This document shows positions 1 through 11,979 of a stretch of DNA of 64,000 bases, one piece after another (within the stretch, counting starts at the first letter, position 1; each line of letters opens with the position of its first letter). Source of the DNA: Mobula hypostoma (taxonomy: Eukaryota). The notes below the pieces were generated by a model, which saw only the letters and a list, made by a program, of their open reading frames with translations, was not told the DNA's origin and ran no database searches. The translations under genes were made by a program, and so were the position numbers. The stretch is taken from NCBI RefSeq assembly GCF_963921235.1, contig NC_086108.1:102736001-102800000 (forward strand). The letters run 5' to 3'.

Positions 1-88
1 AGGATAATAAATCAGCCATGATTGAATGGTGGAGATTACTTGATCATCTGAATGTCCCAATTCTGCCTCTGTGTCTTATGATCTTTTG
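1..88 (+). mobile_element. CR1 LINE 3' tail fragment
   Basis: tcagccatgattgaatggtgga...attctgcctctgtgtcttatgatct matches the CR1 3' ends at 9727-9800 and 30815-30880. Confidence 0.7.
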
Positions 89-1296
89 GTCAAATTTACT
101 TTTGGTAATGGGTATACGAAGACCCAGAAATCCTTTTGTTTACATCAACATTTCCCAATCTCTCACTATTTAAATAATACACCTGCCTTTCAGTGTTTTT
201 CTACCAAAGTGGAACTTCACATTTCTCTGTGTTATACTGCTTCTGCCATAGAATTGGCAACTCATTCATCTTGAAACCTCTCCTCACATGCAATCCCATC
301 CAGATTTATGCCCATCTGCTATTTTAGAATTGTTTTATTTGGTTCCCTCACTGAGAACATTAAGATATATTTCATAGGTTCATTTTATTGTCAAAATATG
401 CATGTACAATACAACTCTTGATATTTGTCTTCTCCAGATAACCATTAAATCCAGAAAGACCATGGGTGCTGATGAAAAAAAAAGACATTAACTCCCCGCA
501 CCCCCCGCAACCGGCATGAAAACGAAAAGAAACAAAATGTGCAGACCCAAAAATCCCACCCTCACCCGCAGCAAAAAAGAGCCATAATAACAATCCCCAA
601 CCCCCCACACAAAACAATCCCCAACCCCCTCACTTGCAGCAAAGAACAGCAACCGTAACACCAAACCCCCAACCCCCTCTGACACACAATAATTAACACA
701 TCACCCACCTGCCAATTGTCCAAAAGAAAGAAAACACCAAAAGAGCGAGTGAAACCAATATACAGTCCAACAATCACACAAATCTGAGAATACGGGAAAC
801 GTCTTTTCACCTGCATACGAGGAGAGCAGCTGCACGGACTCAGTCCTTCCGTGAAGAGTAATTGCCAACCCGGTTCCTAATGCTGCCGACCCAGGGCCAC
901 ATGCACCAATCCAGCTGCTGACTGCCTCTGTTGGGAGCTATCGCTGACCCCATCCACATTCACCTCAATGCTTCAATCTCCTTTGCTGCTCCAAGAAGGA
1001 GTCATTCATGATCCCATGCCTTGTCTCTGGTCTTTTATATTGTTTTCCAGCTGGCTCCCAAACACTGATCCCTGTGTTACCGCACTGGTTACCAAAGAAT
1101 GACCTCGTTCACACCTTGCTGCTGGTCAACCTATGTTCAATCCGTATTACATCCAATACCTTATGTTTTAATTTTGTGCACTAACCTCATTTTGTGGGAT
1201 TTTATCCAAAGCCTTCCAGAGCTATTCTACAAGTTACCTCTTTAGAAAACTCCACCAGTTATATTAAACAGAGTATTCCTTTCATAAACACAAGTG

Positions 1297-1422
1297 ATTC
1301 TACAGATGCTGGAATTCCAGAGCAACACACACAAAGTGCTGGAAGAACACAGCAAGTCAGGCAGCATATATGAAGAGGAATAAACTGCCGACGTTTTGGG
1401 CCAAGACCCTTTATCAGGACTG
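1297..1422 (-). mobile_element. Penelope-derived short repeat (terminal-repeat fragment, degenerate hammerhead motif)
   Basis: Same gattctacagatgctgg...gcagcat...gacgttttgggccaagaccctttatcaggactg unit that abuts the Penelope coding fragments at 3790 and 11980. Confidence 0.7.
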
Positions 1423-3679
1423 ATATTTTCTAACTATCCTATTATCATATCTTTTATTAATAGACCAAGCATTTTCCCTACAGCTGTTGTTAGGCAAATA
1501 GATCTGTAGTTCCCTGTTCTCTCTTTCCCTCCTTTTACACTTGCCACCACCTAATTTGCAGGAATGATCCCATATTCTGTGCAGTAGATGATGACAAATG
1601 CATTCACTATTCCTATTCACTATTCCATGATTTCGATGGCTACTTCTTGTATTCATCAAGGGTACGGATTATCAGGCCCTGGGAATGTTCAGTGCCATTA
1701 ACTTTTTTAGCACTGTTTTTAAACTAATACTAATTTCCTTTAAATCTCCCTTTCCATTAGATCCCTGCATTCCCCGCATTTCTGAGATGCATTTGTGTTC
1801 CCTTCCATTGAAGACAGAACTAGTGTTTAATTGCTCTGATTTTTCTTTGTTCCCCAGTGGAACTTTTCGTTTTTCTAACTGTAAGGGACTGACATTTGTC
1901 TTCACAAATCTTTTCCTTTTTACTTCCCTCTAGAAGCTTTGACAAACCATTTTCATGTGCCTTGTAAGTTTCCTTTCATGCTCAGTTTCTCCTCACTTAA
2001 TCAACCTCTTGGACCTTTTTTTTTATTGAAGTTTAAACTGATCTCAATGCTCCAACCAGCTATTGTTTTCTGGCCCATTTGTATGATGCCTCTTTATATC
2101 TAATATAATCAACAGTTTTAGAAACTATGACTGCCTTGCTTCATCTTTTGTATTTTTGCATCAGAAAAGTATATTTAAATGTTACAGTTCTGGTGTTTAT
2201 TCTTTGGCATCAAAAGGTTCTGATTCTAATTGTACATCGTGGAAACAGGCCCCTCATCCCCACGCAAATTCAGATTTATTTATCATATGTCCACGTTAAC
2301 ACACAGTGAAATGCACCAGTTACATTAACAACCAACACTCCCAAGGATGTGTTGGGGGCAGCCTGCAAGTTTGGACCCTGAACTCTGGGCTCACTGGCTC
2401 CAATGCCTCATTCTCACACAGATGTCCTTTCCTGGGACAAACGTCCTTCGTGTCCTTCGTCACCTGTCCAACTCAATGCTGACCAAGCAGTCTAAAAATT
2501 AAAAGTAAATTTATCACCTAAGTATGTATATGTCACCATTTGCTGCCATGAGTTTCATTTCCTCAGAAGCATTCTCGGTAGAACAAAGAAATACAATAGA
2601 ATCGATGAAAAGCTACACACTGGCAAACAACCAATGTGCTAGTCAAATTGTGCAAATACAAAAATAAATGAACAAACAAATCAAAGCAATAAATAAAGCA
2701 TACTGAGAACGTGAGTTGTGGAGTCCTTGAATGTCAGTGCATAGGCTGTGATCAATGATCAGTTCAGTGTCGAGGTGAGTGAAATTATCCATGCTGGTTC
2801 AGGAGCCTGATGGTTGAAGGGTAAGAACTATTTTGATCAATGTTCATGTATTTTAATTAATTTTTCCAATCTGTCGTTGCCAACACACTCTTTTGACTAA
2901 ATCTAGGACCTTTGTTTAGGTTTAAACTACTTCATTTTCACTTCCAACATGTTGTAGTCTCTCTTCCCTAAAGGATTTGCATAATAAGATTATTAACTCA
3001 CCCATTCTCCGTGTTCAGTACCCACTCTAGGACAGCATATTCCCAGCTGGCTCCTTAATGTACAAATGTACTTTCATACACACCACAAGAGTTCATTCTT
3101 CACAGTATCATTGCTACTTTGATTTGAATGAGCTACCAGGGCTAGTGGTGGAGGCAGATAGATTCGGGATGTTGAAGAGACTCTTAAATAGGAACGTAGA
3201 TTTTATTTATTATTTATTCAGATACAGCGCAGAATAGGCCCTTCCAGCCCTTCAAACCATGTTGCCTAGCAACCCTAGCCAAATCATGGGACCAATTAAC
3301 CTACAGGCAGGTATGTCTTGGGGCTGTAGGAGGAAACCAGGGCAGCCGGAGGAAAACCACACAGTCAGAGGGGAGAACATACAAACTCCTTAGAGCAGCT
3401 GAGGGAATTGAGCCCACTACCTGTTCCCATGGCTTCACATAACCCTGATTTGGGGGGCGGGGAGGGATAAGCAGGTGCTACACCTTGCCCAAGGGTGATC
3501 TGCAGGCTAGTGGAGGGAAGGAGCACCTTACACCTCCTTTGGTAGAGATGCATCTCCCCTTCACCACCCGCCCCTATCTATACCCCTCCTAATTAATTCT
3601 ATAATGAATCTTGAAAAGGGACCACTGTGGGAAATGGAGTAATATCCCAGCAAAGTGTAAAGGGTTTAGGTTAAGCCCT

Positions 3680-4510
3680 AAGTCCTGATGATGAAAGGTC
3701 TTGGCCTGAGAGATGCTGCCTGACCTGCTGAGTCCCTCTAACATTTTATGTGTGTTGCTGAAGATTTCCAGCAACTGCAGAATCTCAAACATGAGAAAAT
3801 CAGCAGATGCTGGAAATCCAAAGCAACGCGTACAAAATGCCAAAGGAACTCAGCAGGCCTGGCAGCATCTATGAACAAAGGATAAACAGTCGACATTTCA
3901 TGCTGAGACCCTTCATCAGGACTGGATAGGAAAGGGGAAGGAGTCAGACTAAGGTCAGGGGGAAGACAGGAAGAAGTACAAGGTGGCAGGTGATAGGTGA
4001 AACCGGGAGAGTGGGAGGGGTGAGATAAAGAGCTGGGTATTTAGTTGGTGAAAGAGGTAAAGGGCTGGAGAAGTGGAAATCTGATAGGAGAGGACAGAGG
4101 ACCATGGATGAGAGGGAAGGGGGTAGAACACCAGAGGGAAGGTGTGAGTGGGAAACAGGAATGGAAAATGGTGAAGGAGAGGAGTGGGGGGGGGGCGGTA
4201 ATTTCAGGAAGGCAGTGTTCATGCCATCAGGTTGGAGGCTGCCCAGACGAAATATAAGGTGTTGCTCCGCCAACCTGAATGTGGCCTCATCATGGCAGTA
4301 GAGGAGGCCATGAACTGACATGTCGCAATGGGAATAGGAAGTAGAATTGAGATGGGTAACCACCAGGAAATCCCACTTTTTGTGGCAGACGGAATGTAGA
4401 TGCTCGAGGAAGCTGTGTCCCAATCAATGTCCGGTCTCATCAAGATACTGGAGGTCACATCAGGATGACCCCAACACTCACAGGTGAATTGTTGCCTCAC
4501 CTGGAGAATC
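3680..4510 (-). mobile_element. Penelope-like element 3' part (GIY-YIG endonuclease C-terminal remnant plus terminal repeat with inverted partial copy)
   Basis: ORF 3944-4423(-) contains HDEATFRLAEQHLIFRLGSLQPDGMN, the characteristic C-terminus of the Penelope endonuclease; homologous to 12000-12730. Confidence 0.8.
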
Positions 4511-4947
4511 TCTTGTGTTCAGGTTAAGCCCAGACTGCTTTACCTGGTGGTAGAATGGAGGGATCTTTACCCCTCCTTCAACCTTGGTACGGGAAGAGGC
4601 ACCATTATTTTGGGATTGACTGTCTTCAGTGGAAAGTGTATCATTCTCCTGTATCGACAGTTTCTAACTTGATAAGCATAAAACCACAATTCTTTAAGGG
4701 GAAAATCAGAACTAACAGATACTGAAAGTAATGTCTTCAATCAATCCTTCTCCAAGTTTACAATCAATATCAAGTGGCAATTAACAAAACCATTTAATGT
4801 CTTTAGTGGAGCAGAACCTCTCACTTCCTTAATCTGTTGCATTATATGTAATCACTGAAGTTTTCAAAAAGTCTAATTAACTTGCTAGTGAGGATGAATA
4901 ATCAGATAATTAATTCTGTCAGTGATAAAAGAATACTTTTAATGAAT

Positions 4948-5230
4948 AGGATAGAAGGACGTCCCTTTAGAACAGAGATGAGGAGGGATTTCTTTAGCCA
5001 GAGGGTGGTAAATCTGTGAAATTCATTGCCACAGACGGCCATAGAGGAGGCCAGATCATTGGGTGTATTTAAAGTAGAGGTGATAGGTTCTTGATTACTC
5101 AAGATGGCAAAGGTTATGGGGAGAAGGCAGGAGAATGAGGTTAAGAGTGACAATAAACAAGCCATGATGGAATAGTGCAACAGAGTCAATGGGCTGAATG
5201 GCCTAATTCCACTCCTTTGTCTTATGATCA
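4948..5230 (+). mobile_element. CR1 LINE 3' end
   Basis: Encodes GRPFRTEMRRDFFSQRVVNL*NSLPQ, followed by CR1 3' UTR gggctgaatggcctaattcc. Confidence 0.85.
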
Positions 5231-6300
5231 CTCATGTTCTTCTACAAATGTGTCATTAATTTAGGTTTTGCCTTAGATACTCTCTTGGTGGCATTCACTC
5301 TGTAACAGAGTGATCATACATGTACCCAAACAGTCATATATGGAGGTGCAGCAAGTATGGCTACGATGGTAGGAACTCTACATGCTGTGCAGATATAACT
5401 ATATAACCACATAACCAGATCACCTTTTCAACATTTCCAAAGGAAGGCCAAAAGACTTAAGCTATGAATGAACAGTTAAAACTGACTTAATGCACAAATC
5501 AACATGCTAATGAATGCACTTGAGACTGACTGAACTGAGACCAATCAGCGCAATGTGACTGGCAGGTATCCCACAAAACCATTTGACTTTAACAAAGTAA
5601 CTTTGAAGCACTCTCCAGCATTCTGTATTCCTAAACCTGCTTTCGTAGCAGAATCTAAATGCCAGGCAGTATTTTCGTTCCTGATGTTTCTCTCCTCCCG
5701 TGAGAGGGATTATACCGGACTGCCCTTGCCAAACACTCAGGATTAGGGGCTTCTCATGGGTGTGCTGTATTTAACAGTTATCAACTTCTGCTCATGAATT
5801 GGAGGTCTTGGGTGTGTGGGGGGGGGGGGTGTCAAAGGATCCATGCCCGCCACATCAGCATTTAGCCAGTTTTGTATCAGCAATTTAAACCTCTCTGAAA
5901 ATGCTGTCTCTGCACTGAACTGAGGCTGTGACCCGCCACTGAGGGGCTTCTGTGGACTCCCTTTCCTGACCTTCAGCTCTGAATGCTATTTGCTCACTTT
6001 CATTGCTTGCACAATTTGTATTTTTTTGCTCTGCACATTGGCTGTTTGACAGTCTTTCTTTTGCTTTAATGGATTCCATTGGGCTTCTTTGTTTTGTGGC
6101 TGTCGGTAAGGAGACAAATTTCAAGTTTCTGCAAAGTATCCATAACCTTTGACAAAGCGGCAAAAACTCCCAAGCATGCAAAATAAGGTCATCCCAGTAA
6201 ATGACCTGTGTGTCCCAAATTTGAAGGCCCATTGTCTCTGAGTCTGAGTCTGGAGACCAGGACTGGAGGCCCGAAGGTCGCCAGTCCTGGAGTTGGAGAT

Positions 6301-6306
<6 letters not shown>

Positions 6307-6333
<27 letters not shown>
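6307..6333. repeat. (TG)n microsatellite
   Basis: Direct reading. Confidence 0.95.
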
Positions 6334-6337
<4 letters not shown>

Positions 6338-6412
6338 CGCACGGTGTGGAGGGGGGTGATAAAGGGGCTTGATTTGCGATTGTTGTTCTGTTGTTGTGTG
6401 TGATGTTCTGCT

Positions 6413-6714
6413 TGTGTGGGCACGTGGCCAAGTGGTTAAGGCATTGGACTAGCGACCTGAAGGTCGTGAGTTCGAGCCCCAGCTGAGGGAACGTGTTGTG
6501 TCCTTTAGCAAGGCACTTAATCACACATTGCTCTGCGATGACACTGGTGCCAAGCTGTATGGGTCCTAATGCCCTTCCCTTGCACAACATTGGTGTGGAG
6601 AGGGGAGACTTGCAGCATGGGCAACTGCTGGTCTTCCATACAACCTTGCCCAGGCCTGCGCCCTGAAGACTTTCCAGGTGCAGATCCATGGTCTCTCAAG
6701 ACTAAGATGCCTTT
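6413..6714 (+). mobile_element. tRNA-derived SINE with RTE-derived 3' tail
   Basis: A box TGGCCAAGTGG (6425-6435), B box GTTCGAGCC (6470-6478), 10-bp TSD ATGTTCTGCT (6403-6412 / 6715-6724); tail matches the RTE 3' end at 58001-58050; second copy at 51453-51760(-). Confidence 0.85.
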
Positions 6715-6837
6715 ATGTTCTGCTGAACACTGTGGGCGTGCTATCTTGGTGCCGGAATGTGTGGCATTACTTGTGGGATGCCCCCACCACATCTTTGGGT
6801 TTGTTAGCAATTAAAATAAACAACACATTTCATAAAC

Positions 6838-7240
6838 ACAAGAAATTCTGCAGATACTGGAGCAACTCACACAAAATGCTGGAGGAACTCAGCAGGTCAG
6901 TATGCTTCAATATACATGTGATAACTAAATCTGAATCTAAATCTGGGGTGTCTTTCTCACCTCTGCCTCAGGTGGTTATGGTTTGCCATGGCAGTGCAAA
7001 AGTTTGGATATAAAATCCATGTTGGGAATGTGATTAAGGCAAGAGATTCTGCAGATGCTGGAAATCTTGAGCAACACACACGCACACACAAACGGCTGGA
7101 GGCACTCATTAGCTCAGGCAGCATTTATGGAGGGAAATGAACAGCTGATGTTTTGACTGAGACCCAAAACATGGGCTCTTCATTCCCCTACATTGATGCT
7201 GCCTGAGCTGCTGAGCTCCTCCAGCATTTTGTGTGTTATG
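6838..7240. mobile_element. Penelope-derived short repeats (one truncated, one palindromic)
   Basis: ctgcagatgctggaaatc...gcagcat on + followed by inverted atgctgcctgagctgctgagctcctccagcattttgtgtg. Confidence 0.7.
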
Positions 7241-7929
7241 GGAATGTGACTAAGTGCGGAAGGAATGCTGCACTACCCCAGGTGCTTATCTTTTTGATGT
7301 GAAGTTAAACCGAGACTCCATCTCCCTTTCCTGCCTCGGATGTAAAAGATCCAATAGCAACGAGGAATGCAAAACCTACCAGATTTTTGTACACACCCCA
7401 TTTTTTGGGTCCATTTGTCCCATGAAATCTTTGCCAGCACTCAAAGCACTCCCACAAGTCCCAATACCCTTCAGTAAACTATTCTCACTCACATGTCCAT
7501 GAACTCCACACTGTTTCCTCTGCTACCCATTTACACTAGAACTGACTTACAGCAGTCACTTAACTTATCGACATGATTTTGGCATGTGGTAAGAAGCAAG
7601 AGCACACAAGCAAAACTCATGAATAATAGGGAGAACATGCAAACTCCATAGAGATAAAACCCAAGGTCAGCATTAAAGCCCGTCCCTGGAGCCGTGTGGC
7701 AGCAACAAAAACTGCTGCACCACTTTGCCACCAACCTAGTCCATTAAGGTCTTTCAAAGAAGCAAATCTGCCACTTTCACCCACTCTGGTCTATAAGTGA
7801 CTCCAGATCCAACCCTGGTGGTTGAATTTTAAATGCCCTCTGAAATAGCCTGGCAAAGCAACCTGTTCAAGGGGAACTAGACATAGCCAATTCCTGCCTT
7901 GTAGGCAATGCCTAGGTCCCTATCTACGT

Positions 7930-8365
7930 GTAATCAGCAACTCAGTAGTAACAACTCAATGCATAAGAGCATACAGGTATGGTCAAGAGGTTCAGTCATT
8001 GTTCAACCAAACATCAGAATAGGAGAGAAATGTGGTCGTAGTGACTTTCACTGTGGAATGATTGTTGGTGCCAGTCGTGGTGGTTTGAGTTTCTCAGAAA
8101 CTGCTGATATCGTGGAATTTTCATGCACAACAGCCTCTAGAGTTTACAGCGAATGGTGCAATAAACAAAAAGAACACCCAGTGAGCAGCAGCTCTGTGGG
8201 TGAAAGCACTTTGTTATGGGGGGGGGGTCAGAGGAGAATGGCCTGACAGGTTCACACTGATGGAAGGCAACAGTAATTCAAATAACCATGCGTTACAACA
8301 GTGGTGTGCAGAAAGACATCTCTGAGCACACAACATGTTAAACATTGAACATTGAAGTGGATAGG
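7930..8365 (+). mobile_element. Tc1-derived non-autonomous element (transposase N-terminal HTH remnant)
   Basis: GMIVGASRGGLSFSETADIVEFSCTTASRVYSEW; homologous to the interior of the TIR-bounded copies at 22422 and 35465. Confidence 0.75.
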
Positions 8366-8373
8366 TGTGTGTG

Positions 8374-8404
<31 letters not shown>

Positions 8405-8410
8405 TTGTGT
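8365..8410. repeat. (TG)n microsatellite
   Basis: Direct reading. Confidence 0.9.
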
Positions 8411-8664
8411 GCGCGTGCACGTGCATATAGGGCCATTGAGGTGTAAGGACACTAAGTCAGAAGGTAACTTGTGTGTATGTGTGGACACTGAATCGGAAGG
8501 TAACGTGTGCGTGTGTGTGTGTGTGTAGGGACACTGAGTCTGAAGGCAACGTGAGTGTGAATCGAGCTGCTAGCAGATAGGTGCAGTTTGAATTGCAACA
8601 CTTAAGAGAAGTTTTGATGGATATGTACATGGATCAGAGGTGTATGGAAAGCTATGGTCATTGG

Positions 8665-9800
8665 AGAGAGCCCAAAGCAGATTCACAAGATGATTCTGGG
8701 AATGAAGGGGTTAACATATAAGGGCTGTTCGGCAGCTTTGGACCTGTACTCACTGGAATTTAGAAGAATGGGTGGGGTTCTCATTGAAACCTACCAAATG
8801 TTGAAAGGACTAGATAGGGTAACAAGGGGAATTGAGTATAAGAGCAAAGAGGTCCTTCTGCAGCTGTATAGGGCCCTGGTGAGACCACACCTGGAGTACT
8901 GTGTGCAGTTTTGGTCTCCAAATTTGAGGAAGGACATTCTTGCTATTGAGGGAGTGCAGCGTAGGTTCACAAGGTTAATTCCCAGGATGGTGGGACTGTC
9001 ATATGTCGAAAGATTGGAGCGACTGGGCTTTTATACTCTGGAATTTAGAAGGCTGAGAGGGGATCTTATTGAAACATATAAGATTATTAAGGGATTGGAC
9101 ACGCTGGTGGCAGAAAGCATGTTCCCGCTGATGGGTGAGTCCAGAACCAGAGGCCACAGTTTAAGAATAAGGGGTAGGCCATTTAGAACGGAGCTGAGGA
9201 AAAACTTTTTCACCCAGAGAGTGGTGGATATATGGAATGCTCTGCCCCAGAAGGCTGTGGAGGCCAAGTCTCTGGATGCTTTCAAAAAAGAGATGGATAG
9301 AGCTCTTAAAGATAGCGGAATCAAAGGTTATGGGGATAAGGCAGGAACTGGATACTGATTGTGGATGATCAGCCATGATCATAGTGAATGGCGGTGCTGG
9401 CTCGAAGAGCCGAATGGCCTAATCCTGCACCTATTGTCTATTGTCTGTTGTTTATTGGGTGGGTGTGGAGGGGATGTTTATTATGGTGGGGGTATCCGGA
9501 ACAAGAGGGCACAGCCTCAAAACTGAAGGGCAACCTTTCAGAACAGAGGTAAGGAGGAATTTTTTTAGCCAGAGAGTAGTGAATCTGTGGAATGCTCTGC
9601 CACAGACTGCGGTGGAGGCCAGGTCCGTGGATATATTTGAGGCAGAAGCTGATAGTTACTTGATCAGTCTTGGAATCAAAGGATATGGCAATAAAGCAGA
9701 TGTAAGGGGTTGAGTTGGATCTGGGATCAGCCATGATGGAATGGCGGAGCAGACTTGATGGGCTGAATGGCCTAATTCTGCTCCTATGTCTTATGGTCTG
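8665..9800 (+). mobile_element. Older CR1 3' fragment interrupted by a younger CR1
   Basis: LYSLEFRRMGGVLIETYQMLKGLDRV breaks at 8820 and resumes near 9457 (VEGMFIMVGVSGTRGHSLK...FFSQRVVNLWNALP), then CR1 tail. Confidence 0.85.
8821..9447 (+). mobile_element. Young 5'-truncated CR1 (uninterrupted ORF2 C-terminus)
   Basis: LYRALVRPHLEYCVQFWSP...RRLRGDLIETYKI...TRGHSLR...FFTQRVVDIWNALP with no stops; ends in (ctattgt)n tail. Confidence 0.92.
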
Positions 9801-11271
9801 CGTACAAGTAGAGGGGACTGATAGAAGACCAGGCTGGAATGGATTAGATTGCTTAAGGACTTGTTTCTGTGCTCTCTATTAAAAATACTTTGTTGAATAG
9901 TATGAGGGGTTCTGATCAAAATTATTACCTGAATCCACAACCAAAACAAGTCAAACCATTATCACGTGGATTCTAGTACAAAAATTTGCTCACGTTTCCA
10001 CAGCGACTAGGTTTGTTTAGTGAAAAGGTTCTTTCTGATACTGTGAGAAGCTCGTGGGTGGTATCATAGAAATTCAGGTTAGCTCCTTACTGCAGAACAC
10101 ATTCGATTTAGGGATTAATTTGACAAGCATATGAATTTTTTTAAACCCACTTAACATTTTGATATGCTGGTCATTTCCCTTGTAAGTGCTGTTGATTGAC
10201 GGGTCTCATTAAACATGGGATTCCAAACCAGATCTCAAATGTTGACAGTACACCTCCAACAGAATGATGGAGAATATTTTAAGCAATAAGTTTTGTGATA
10301 TTCAAGTTGACTTTTTTTTATATTTGGCTTATTATGTTAATGTGTTTATTCACTTTTTTTTAGTTAAACTCAAAACATTCCTCTGGCAAAGCAAACTGAA
10401 TCTTAAGCATCCATGAATTCAGATAATCTCTCCTTGTACTCTTTCCAGACACCATGTCCTGCAATTTGACTCTTCACAACCATGATGACTCATTTATTAA
10501 ATGGGGATATTCACAGGCACCATGATAAGCTCTTGAGTCCATCAGCGTATTTGGTTACAGAAGAGTTTGGATGAAATGTGGTCCAGAGTAGGTTATCTTG
10601 CAGTGTCTCAATTTCCGACTCCCTAAAGCCTCTTCACCATCTAAAATGCACAAGCATCTGACAGAATACACTTCACACCACATTTTAGATAAATGAAGTT
10701 CCGACAACACTTAACAAGCTCAGCAACATGCAGCATAAGGCGAGCCAACTTGAGTGACACTCCAGCACTTTAGAAAACTACTCATTCCATCAGCCCGTGA
10801 TAATGGTAGTGTGCATCTTCTGCTGAGTACACAGCAGCAAATCACCAGCTCTCTCAAAGCCACAGGCACTGGGGAAATCATGCACTGTCCCAACTTGGCC
10901 AATTCTCACTGGTCCTTCATTGCTACAGGTTAAAATCTTAGAATCCATGGTATATATTTTATTTAGAGATACAGCACAGTAACAGACCCTTCCAGCTCAA
11001 TAACTCATGTGACCAATTAACCTATTAACCCATGCACCTTTGGAATGTGGAAGAAAGCCTAAAGGAAACCCACGCAGTCATGGGGCGAAAATACAACATT
11101 CCTTATGGGCAGCTGCAGGAATTGAACCTGGGTCTTTCTGGCAGCTCTGTGGGGGCACTTTCACTGTGTTCATTGGATCAGCTTAAGGCAAATCACGACT
11201 TCAAAAGCTATTAGGGCAAAGGTTCCCTCAGTTAATGGTAGGGGTCCATGGCATAAAATGGTAGGGGTCTG

Positions 11272-11530
11272 TGCCGGCTGGTGGCGCAGTGACATCAGCG
11301 CCGCACTTCGGAGTGAAGGCTCCCGAGTTCGAATCCAAGTCGGGCCATCACCCCGGGCACGCTTTCCATCCGTGCCGGGTTGAGCGTCGAGCTAGCCACT
11401 TGGCCTCGTAAAAAACAAAGGTCAAGTCAGGGACGTTCATATCGTGACCCAGTTAATCCGAAAGGAGACCAATCCTGACACTACGTGCCAGACAAGGATG
11501 GCTGCCTGTCTGGTGCGACACGCTAGGAAG
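11272..11530 (+). mobile_element. CpG-rich tRNA-derived SINE inserted in a small hAT MITE
   Basis: A box TGGCGCAGTG (~11282), B box GTTCGAATCC (11327-11336); flanks (gttaatggtaggggtccatggcataaaa / ggcataaaaaaaagttgggaacccctg) rebuild the MITE seen at 18826. Confidence 0.75.
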
Positions 11531-11979
11531 GAAATGGCATAAAAAAAAGTTGGGAACCCCTGTATTCGGGTTTAGCAATAAATGCTGGCCTGCCAATATA
11601 TCCCAAGATGAATTTTTGAAGTTCATGTTGTGTTGACCAAATCATATTCCCATTATTTTCAGTCTTTTACAACACAAACCCTTTGCTGTCTTGCCAGAAT
11701 TGAATGTTATAGAAAGTACTGTTAAACAAAACTGTTTTGTTTTCCACCAGAGAATTTTAAGTTGTACAACATATGGTGTGATATGTAAACAAAATACTGG
11801 AAATACTCAGTAGGTCAGGCAGCATCTGTAGTGAGAAAAAAAGTGTTGATGTCTCTCTTCACCAGAACTGGGAGAGAGTGAAAAATTGGCTTTAAGTTGC
11901 GGAGGGGGTAGGAGAGAACCAGAAAGCTGGTGTCCGGAAAGAAATCAAATTATAAGCTGTTTCCAGTGTCTGCAAACAA

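Noticed and set aside
4543..4650. Possible minus-strand 105-nt exon (ENDTLSTEDSQSQNNGASSRTKVEGGVKIPPFYHQ, cag|gtaaag)
   Set aside because: Weak polypyrimidine tract, no recognisable protein and no supporting neighbouring exons
6418..6490. Apparent tRNA gene
   Set aside because: A/B boxes are present but there is no proper acceptor stem or terminator; it continues into a SINE body with TSD and has a second copy
6189..6689. 166-aa minus-strand ORF, similar to ORF 51478-51699
   Set aside because: Antisense reading of the SINE plus a (CA)n microsatellite; the similarity reflects repeat copies, not a gene family
9850..10400. AT-rich apparently unique segment (similar ones at 43150-43550 and 62700-63050)
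   Set aside because: No ORF, repeat or motif I can support; conservation cannot be judged without alignments
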